NCBI GenBank assembly: GCA_963716255.1
Contig: OY970303.1
Coordinates: 7,616,001-7,680,000, forward strand
Source: an uncultured Gemmatimonadales bacterium
Lineage (GTDB): Bacteria; Gemmatimonadota; Gemmatimonadetes; Longimicrobiales; Longimicrobiaceae
Length of the DNA: 64,000 bases
Direction: 5' to 3'
Shown here: positions 1 through 10,100 of the stretch, piece by piece
How the letters are laid out: each line of letters starts with the position of its first letter
Numbering within the stretch: position 1 is the first letter of the stretch
Notes under the pieces: generated by a model
Told to the model about the DNA's origin: nothing
The model's database searches: none
Seen by the model: only the letters and a program-made list of their open reading frames with translations
Translations under genes and position numbers: made by a program

Positions 1-41
1 GAACGATTGCGTTCTGTTCAACGGAGCTATATCGAAATCTC

Positions 42-1594
<1,553 letters not shown>

Positions 1595-1670
1595 AGAGAA
1601 GCCGAGTAAGTCCTTCGGGGCAGAAAGGCACTCGCAAGTCGACCCCACAGACATCCTTTCCTTGGTTTCA

Positions 1671-1744
<74 letters not shown>

Positions 1745-1760
1745 TTTTTATAAGTGATTG

Positions 1761-1793
1761 CCCCAATGCTGCTTACGCGGTGTTGGGGTTTTT
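1761..1793 (+). terminator. Intrinsic terminator after 16S-tRNA-Ile
   Basis: 12-bp stem CCCCAATGCTGC / GCGGTGTTGGGG (with G-U pairs), TTAC loop, followed by TTTTT. Confidence 0.8.
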
Positions 1794-2267
1794 GCTTCTT
1801 CCAAATTCCTTTTTTTGCTGTCAATTGGTCACTGGCAATTGAGCCCGACTTCACATCAGTCATCCCTCCGGCTACTTGGTTTCTCCAGTGCTGTGAGGGC
1901 ATCCCGCGTCTCCTCCACGCCCACGTCGCCGTAGACCCGGCTCAGCGTCTCGCGGGCGGACGGTCGGCCGCACAGGACGGCGGGCCTGCCTGCTCCCTCG
2001 GGTGTTCCCCTCGCCGGCGAGCCCGTTCTACCTCCTCTGCGTTGCAAGGGATCGTTCCCCTGGACCGTATGGGGCAGGACGGCGCGGCGTGCCGCAAAGC
2101 TCTTTCCAGGGCGGAGAACTACCCTCGTAGTCCTCCTCTGCCTCGTCCAGATCGGGACGGTTCACTCCGCGAGGGGTTGTCCTCCGACAACCTGGCGGAT
2201 AACGTGCCATGGTAGGCCGTGTGCCCGTCCCCCTCTTCCCGTAGCGATCCTCCCTCCGAACCTCGCG

Positions 2268-3704
2268 ATGCCCTCCATGGACGCAGCGATGCCGACCCAC
2301 GAGAAATGGTCGGCAGTGAACCGGGAGTTTCTCCAGTTCGTCCAGGAGAACCCGGAATACCTCGACCGGGCAACCTTCGCCTCCATCCACGAGGACCGGT
2401 CGCTCCGCAAGTTCCCGCTGCAGGGGTGGCCGTTCTTCATCGGGAGCGAGCGGCTGCGCGCGCTCGCGGAGATGGCGCTCGGGGTGGACCGGCTCATCAA
2501 GGGAGCGATCGAGCGCTTCCTGCGCGGCGACGCGGCGCGGGTCCTGGAGTTCTATCGCCCGAACCTGGAGGACGTCAGTCCCGAGGACTTCCTCGCCATC
2601 ATGATCGACGAGGTGGAGCTCCGGATGCTGGTGGGAGAGCCCAGCGGGGTACGGGCGGCGCTTTCCCGCGGCGACTACCTCGAGACCCGGGAGGGGCTGA
2701 AGCTGCTCGAGCTCAACGCGGGCGGGTTCCTGGGTGGGCTCCAGACCCAGGCAATCGGGGAGCTCCACCTCCGGTCTCCCGCCGTGTCGCGCTTCCTGGA
2801 AGAGCGGGGACTCCACGCGAGTACGCCGCGAACGCTGGGAGCCCTCTTCCGGCACTTGGTGGAGGACACCGCCCGGCAGGGCGCGTGGAGGGAGGGGGAG
2901 TTCAACGTGGCGTTCCAGATCTACCCGCACGAGGAGGAATGGAGCGACATGCACCGGGAGGAGGTGTATACCCGCGAGCTGCGCCGGGTGCTGGCGGAGA
3001 GCGGGGCGGCTCCCGGGGGGAGGGTGGTGCTCTGCAGCGCCGAGGACTTCGTGGAGGAGGGGGGCGTCGTCCGCGTGGGGGGAGTGCCGGTGCACGCGGT
3101 CATCGAGATGCACGACGGCTCCGCCGACATGACTGGCCTGCTCGCGCACTTCAAGCACCGCCGCGTCAACCTTTTCAGCGGGCCGATCACCGCCCTCCTC
3201 CTCGACAAGCGGAACCTGGTGCTCGTCTCGGAGCACGCAGGTTCCGCCGAGTTCACCGCCGCCGAGCGGGAGCTGATCGAGAGGCACATTCCCTGGACCC
3301 GGAGGGTACTTCCGTCGAAGACCACCTTCCGCGGCCGCCCGATCCGTCTCCCCGACGACCTGGTGGAGCGACGGGAGGACTTCGTGCTCAAGAAGGCCAA
3401 CTCGCTGGGAGGGAGCTACGTCCACATCGGGAGGTTCCGCTCCGGTGACGAGTGGCGCCGCCTGGTGTCGCGTGCCGTGCACGAGGAGGACTGGGTCGTG
3501 CAGGAATACCTGGAGACGGTCCCGTACTGCTTCCAGAGCGGGGAATCCGGGGCGGCCCGGTTCGACCTGGTATGGGGCCTCTTCGTATTCGGGGACCACT
3601 TCGGGGGGGCGTTCCTGCGGATGCAGCCCACGGAAGGTGGGAGTGGCGTGGTGAACGCCAAGCAGGGGGCCGAGGTCGGCGCCCTGCTGGAGGTTCCCCG
3701 GTGA
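2268..3704 (+). CDS. Circularly permuted ATP-grasp (glutathionylspermidine-synthase-like) amide ligase
   Basis: N-terminal RGDY...LKLLELNAG (R-x-D / E-x-N) precedes DKRNL, HIPWTR, FVLKKANSLGG, WVVQEY and GVVNAKQG, the motif order of CP-ATP-grasp proteins. Start could be 2268, 2277 or 2289. Confidence 0.8.
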   Translation: MPSMDAAMPTHEKWSAVNREFLQFVQENPEYLDRATFASIHEDRSLRKFPLQGWPFFIGSERLRALAEMALGVDRLIKGAIERFLRGDAARVLEFYRPNLEDVSPEDFLAIMIDEVELRMLVGEPSGVRAALSRGDYLETREGLKLLELNAGGFLGGLQTQAIGELHLRSPAVSRFLEERGLHASTPRTLGALFRHLVEDTARQGAWREGEFNVAFQIYPHEEEWSDMHREEVYTRELRRVLAESGAAPGGRVVLCSAEDFVEEGGVVRVGGVPVHAVIEMHDGSADMTGLLAHFKHRRVNLFSGPITALLLDKRNLVLVSEHAGSAEFTAAERELIERHIPWTRRVLPSKTTFRGRPIRLPDDLVERREDFVLKKANSLGGSYVHIGRFRSGDEWRRLVSRAVHEEDWVVQEYLETVPYCFQSGESGAARFDLVWGLFVFGDHFGGAFLRMQPTEGGSGVVNAKQGAEVGALLEVPR

Positions 3705-3740
3705 GCGGCGTGGGCTGCGGGCGGGCGTGCTTTGTATTCC

Positions 3741-3769
3741 TTGACGGGAAATAACCTTATATGTATTCT
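3741..3769 (+). promoter_or_regulatory. Putative sigma70 promoter of the NRPS operon
   Basis: TTGACG (3741-3746), 17-bp AT-rich spacer, TATTCT (3764-3769), in an AT-rich patch between the ATP-grasp gene and NRPS1. Confidence 0.6.
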
Positions 3770-4112
3770 CGGGGGCCGGACGCCGGGCCGGCTAACCCCT
3801 GATCGCAGTCGTTGGATGCAGTAGAACCCTCGCCGCGGGGGAGCTCTTCCGGCCTGCGCCGGTTTGCCCCCAGCGGTGAGGCACGCTGGCAGCTTCCTTC
3901 TCCACGCGCTCTTCGGGCGATCGCTGCGCAGCTCGTAAGAAGACAGGAGTTCACGGAGGGCCGCGTTCCAGAGCGCGGATCGTCCGCACGAAGCAGCGCG
4001 AGCCGCGTCGTCGCAACGGAAACCAGAGGGAAAGTTTCTCCCGGTCGCGAGCGTGTGACGTCCCCAGCACGCCATGGGCTCGCGCCATCGCAGCGGTGAA
4101 TTACCGCCTGAA

Positions 4113-7100
4113 ATGGCTACGTCCATGGTCGATCCTGCTCTTCGTCCGGAGGTCTCCCCGGGTGCGTGCCCCATCCATTTCCTGTTCGAGGCCCAGGAGG
4201 CGCGCACTCCGGGCGCGGAGGCCGTGGCGTCCGGGGACGAGGTGCTCACGTACGCCGAGCTGAACCGGCGCGCGAACCGCCTCGCCCACCACCTGCGGGC
4301 GAATGGGGCGGGACCCGAGGAGCGCGTGGGGGTCTGCCTGGATCGGACGCCGGAGCTCATCGTCTCGCTCCTGGCGGTTCTCAAGTCCGGCGCCGCGTAC
4401 GTCCCCCTGGATCCCGCCTACCCGCGCGAGCGGGTGGCGCTCACCCTGCGCGACGCGGGCGCCTCGCTGGTGGTCACCCGGGAGCGTCTCGTCCCCCTCC
4501 TCGACGGGTATGGCGGGGACCTGGTGCGGGTGGACGCCGACCTGGAGGGGATCGCGCAGGAGGCGGAGGAGAACCCCCGCAGCGGGGTGGCGCCGCACAA
4601 CCTGGCGTACCTGATCTACACCTCGGGCTCCACCGGCACGCCCAAGGGGGTGCAGATCGAGCACCGCAGCGCAGCCGCCCTCCTGGATTGGTGCCGCGGC
4701 ACCTGGACCGCGGAGGAGTGCGCGGGGGTGCTCGCCTCCACCTCGGTCTGCTTCGACATGTCGGTGTTCGAGATCTTCCACACCCTCGCTGTGGGTGGGA
4801 AGATCATCCTGGCCGAGAACGCCCTCGCCCTTCCGCACCTCCCCGCCCACGAGCAGGTCACCCTCGTCAACACCGTTCCCGCCGCGGCGGCCGAGCTCCT
4901 GCGCGGCGGGGGGATTCCGCGCTCGGTGCGGGTGGTGAACCTGGGTGGCGAGCCCCTCCGTGGCGCGCTGGCCCGAGGCCTGTACGGCCTGGCGCACGTG
5001 GACAAGGTCTACAACCTCTACGGCCCTTCCGAGGACACCACCTATTCCACCTCGCTCCTGGTCCCGCGCGGCGACGATGGCGAGCCCACCGTGGGCCGGC
5101 CGATCACGGGGACGCGGCTGCACCTCCTGGATGAGGCGCTCGCCCCCGTGCCGGAGGGAGAGGTGGGGGAGGTGTACCTCGCGGGGACGGGGCTCGCCCG
5201 GGACTACCTGGGGCGGCCGGAGCTGACGGCGGAGCGGTTCCTCCCGGACCCGTCCGGGGAGCCCGGGAGCCGGATGTACCGGGTGGGCGACCTGGGCCGC
5301 GTCCTCCCGAACGGGGAGGTGCAGTGCCTGGGGCGGATCGACCACCAGGTGAAGGTCCGCGGCTTCCGCGTGGAGCTGGGCGAGGTCGAGGCCGTGCTGG
5401 AGCGCCACCCCGCGGTGCGGGAGGCGGTGGTCGCGGCCCGGGAGGGTGCGTCCGGGGAGCGGCGCCTGGTGGCGTACGTGGTGCCGGCGGGGGAGGGGGC
5501 CTCCGCGGGCGTCCTGCGCGAGCACCTGAGGGCGCGCCTCCCGGAGTACATGGTCCCTTCCGCGCTCGTTATCCTGGATGCGCTCCCCCTCCTCCCGAAC
5601 GGGAAGGTGGACCGCGGCGATCTCCCGGCTCCCGACCCGGCCCTCTACGCGGCGGGGGCGGAGCACGTCCCGCCCCGCACCCCGGTGGAGGAAGGGCTCG
5701 CGAGGATCTGGAGCGAGGTGCTGGGGGTGGAGCGGGTGGGGGTCCGCGACTCCTTCTTCGACCTGGGCGGCCACTCGCTCGCGCTGATCCGGGTGGGGTC
5801 CCGCGTGAGGGAGGCGTTCGGGGTGGAGGTGCCGGTGGGGACGCTCTTCCGCGCCGCCACCGTCGAGGAGCTGGCCCGCGCGCTGGGGGAGGCCGGTGGC
5901 GCCGGTGTCCTCCCCCTCGTCCGGGTCCCGCGCGGGGAGGACCTCCCCCTGGCGTATTCCCAGGAACGGGTCTGGTTCATCCAGCAGCTCGCCCCCGAGA
6001 ACCTCTCCTACCACTTCCAGCTCTCGCTCTCCTTCCGCGGCCGGCTGGACGTGGGGGCGCTGGAGCGGAGCCTGACGGAGCTGGTCCACCGCCACGAGAT
6101 CCTGCACACGGCCTTCCCCACGGTCCGGGAACGGCCGGTGCAGCGCATCGGCCGCCCGTGGCGGGTGCGCCTCCCCGTGGTGGACCTGGCGTCGCTCCCG
6201 GAGGAGGAGCGTCCCGGGGCGGCGCGCCGGTGGATGGAGGACGAGCTCCGCAGGCGCTTCGACCTCGCCCGCCTCCCGCTCATCCGCTGGAGCCTCCTCC
6301 GGCTGGCCCCAGACCGGCACCTCCTGGTGCACGTGGAGCACCACATCATCCACGACGGGTGGTCGGTGAACGTCCTCCTGGGGGAGCTCGTCGCGCTCTA
6401 TCGCGCCGAGACCTCGGGGGAGGACGCCGGCCTCCCGGAGCTCCCCGTGCAGTTCGCGGACTACGCCGTCTGGCAGCGCGAGTGGATGAAGGGCGAGGAG
6501 GCGCGGGCGCAGCTCGCCTCCTGGAAGGAGCGGCTTGCGGGGAGCCGGCCCGTGCTCGACCTCCCGTTCGACCGGTCCCGCCCGCCCGTGCAGCGCTTCC
6601 GCGGGGCGGCGCCCCGGTTCCGGATCCCCGGTGCGCTGTACCGGCCGCTGCGCGAGCTGGCCCGCGCCGAGGGCGCCACCCTCTTCATGGTGATGCTGGC
6701 CGGCTTCGACGTCCTCCTGGCGCGCTACGCCCGCCAGGACGACCTGAACGTGGGGACGGGGATCGCCACCCGCCGGCACCGCGAGTTGGAGGGGGTGGTG
6801 GGGATGTTCGTGAACTCGGTGGTGCTCCGCTGCGAGCTGGGCGGCGACCCCACCTTCCGGGAGCTCCTGGCCCGCGTCCGCGAGGCGACGCTCGCGGCGT
6901 ACGCGAACCAGGACCTTCCCTTCGACGCGGTGGTGGAGGCGGTCCGCCCGGACCGGCACCCGGGCCGGAACCCGCTCTTCCAGGCGATGTTCAGCTTCCA
7001 CGACTCGGCGGCTCCCGCGCTCCGCCTCCCCGGGCTGGAGACGGAGCTGACGGTGGGGCTGAGCAACGGGTCGGCCAAGTTCGACCTGAACGTCATCGCC

Positions 7101-10100
7101 ATCCCCCACGCCGACCACCCGGCGTACCACGCGCCGGGGGTAGACCCGGAGGCGGTCACGCTGGTCTGGGAGTACGACTCCGACCTGTTCGACGCGGCCA
7201 CGATGGAGCGGATGTTTTCCCACTTCCGCACCGTCCTGGAGAGCGCAGTGGCGGACCCGGACGCGCGCGTCCCGGAGCTGCGGCTCCTGGGGGAGGAGGA
7301 GCGCGGGCAGCTCCTCCGGGCGGGGTCGGCCACCCGGAGCTTCCCCGTGGAGGGGACGCTGCCGCGGGGCGTGGAGGGGTGGGCCGCGCGGACTCCCGGC
7401 GCGGTGGCGGTGCGCTGCGGGGAGGAGGCGCTCACCTACGCGGAGCTGAACGCCCGCGCGAACCGGCTCGCGCACCACCTGCGCCGCCGGGGCGTCGCGG
7501 AGGGGACCCGGGTGGGGGTGGCCCTGGAGCGCTCGCCGGAGATGGTGGTGGCCATCGTGGCGATCCTCAGGGCGGGGGGCGCCTACGTGCCCCTGGACCC
7601 GGCCTACCCCGCCGCGCGGCTGGCCTTCCTGCTGGAGGACGCGGGGGTGCCGGTGCTGGTGACCACGGAGCGGCTGCGCGGGGGACTTCCCCCCTTCACG
7701 GGCGGGGTGGTCTCGCTCGACGGCGACGCCGGCGCCATCGGGATCGAGCCCGCGGCGGACCCCGGGAGCGGCGCGGGTCCGCAGTCCCCGGCGTACGTGA
7801 TCTACACGTCCGGCTCCACGGGAACCCCCAAGGGGGTGGTGGTCACCCACGCCAACGTGCTGCGCCTCTTCGCGGCGACGGAGGCATGGTTCGGCTTCGG
7901 GGCGGAGGACGTGTGGACGCTCTTCCACTCCTACGCCTTCGACTTTTCCGTCTGGGAGATCTGGGGAGCGCTCCTCCACGGCGGACGCCTGGTGGTGGTC
8001 CCCTTCGCGGTGAGCCGGGACCCCGGCGCCTTCCGGGCGCTCCTGGCGCGCGAAGGAGTGACGGTGCTGAGCCAGACCCCTTCGGCGTTCCGTCAGCTCG
8101 TGGAGGCGGACCGGCTCGCGGGGGCGGCGGACGGGGAGCTGGCGCTCCGCACGGTGGTGTTCGGGGGGGAGGCGCTGGAGCCCGCCATGCTGCGTCCCTG
8201 GGTGGAGCGGCACGGCGACGAGCGGCCCCGGCTGGTGAACATGTACGGGATCACCGAGACCACCGTGCACGTGACCGGGCGCGTGATCACCCGCGAGGAC
8301 GTGGAGCGCGGCGCCGGGAGCCCCATCGGCATTCCCATCCCCGACCTCTCGCTCCACCTGCTCGACGACCGCCTGCAGCCGGTGCCGGTGGGGGTGCCGG
8401 GGGAGATCTGCGTGGGAGGCGCGGGCGTGGCGCCGGGATACCTGAACCGCCCGGAGCTGACCGCGCAGCGCTTCGTGCGGGACCCGTTCTCGGCGGAGCC
8501 GGGGGCGCGCCTGTACCGGAGCGGCGACCTGGCGCGGCGCCTCTCCTCGGGGGAGCTGGAGTACCTGGGACGGGCGGACCAGCAGGTGAAGGTGCGCGGC
8601 TTCCGCATCGAGCCGGGGGAGGTCGCGGCCGCGCTGCTGGGCTGCCCCGGGGTGGGCGAGGCGGTGGTGGTGGCGCGGACGGACGCGGGGGAGCCCCGGC
8701 TGGTGGCGTACGTGGTCCCCGCCGCGGGCGGGACCCCGCCGGCGCCGGGCGCGATGCGGGAGCACCTCCAGCGCTCCCTCCCCGAGCACATGGTGCCCGC
8801 CGCCTTCGTGCCGCTCGCGGCGATCCCCCTCACCGCCCACGGGAAGCTGGACCGCGAGGCGCTCCCGGCGCCCGACGGGGCCGCCCTCGGCACCGCGGAG
8901 TACGTGCCGCCCCGCACCCCCGCCGAGCGGGTGCTGGCGGAGGTGTGGCGCCAGGTGCTGGGCGTGGAGCGGGTGGGGATCGACGACAACTACTTCGCCG
9001 TGGGCGGGGACTCCATCCGCAGCGTGCGGATCGTGGCGGAGGCCGGGCGCCGGGGCGTGGGCGTCTCCCTCCCGCAGCTCTTCCGGCACCAGACCGTCCG
9101 CGACCTCGCCGCGGCGGCGGACACGGCGCACGGCTCCGCCCCGGACCGGCCGCGGAGCGCGCCCTTCTCGCTGGTCCCGGAGGAGGTCCGCCGCGGGCTC
9201 CCGGAGGGGGTGGAGGATGCCTATCCCCCGACCCTCCTCCAGCTGGGGATGCTGTACCACTCGGAGCGGCGGCCGGAGTCGACGCTGTACCGCAACGTCA
9301 ACAGCTACCGGGTGGAGACCCGCTTCGACGAGGCGGCCATGCGGGAGGCCGCGGCGCGGCTGGCGGCCCGGCACCCGGTGCTGCGCACCTCCTTCGACCT
9401 CGCCACGTACCCGGAGCCGCTCCAGCTGGTCTGGCGCGCGGCGGCGATCCCCCTGCAGGTGGAGGACCTGCGTCCCCTCTCCGCCGGGGAGCAGGAGCTG
9501 CGCCTGGAGGCGATGGTACGGGAGGAGGCTCACCGCCGCTTCGACTGGACGCGCCCGCCGCTCCTCCGCTTCCGCGCGCACCTGCGCGGCGAGGCATGCT
9601 TCCAGTTCACCTTCTGCGAGCACCACGCCGTCCTCGACGGGTGGAGCGCGGCCTCCATGGTGACGGAGCTGCTCCGCACCTTCCTGGCGCTGCGCGACGG
9701 CAAGCCGGACCCGATGGCGGAGGCGCCGGCGCTGGCGTTCCGGGAGTACGTCGCCCTGGAGCGTGAGGCGGTCGGCTCGGAGGCGCACCGGGAGTTCTGG
9801 ACCCGCCTGGCCGCGGACGGCTCGCCCTCCACGCTCCCCGGGCGGAGCGCGTCGGACGGGGCGGGCGGCGACCCGCGCAGCGTCCACGTGGACGTCCCGC
9901 CGGAGGTCTCCGGGCGGCTGAAGCGCGTGGCGGAGGAGGCGGGCGTCCCGCTGAAGAGCGTCCTCCTGGCCGCGCACCTCCGGGTGCTGGCGCTGGTGAG
10001 CGGGAGCCCGGAGGTCCTCACGGGGGTGGTGGCCAACGGCCGCCCGGAGGCGGAGGACGCGGAGCGCGTCCTCGGCCTGTTCCTCAACACCGTCCCCTTC

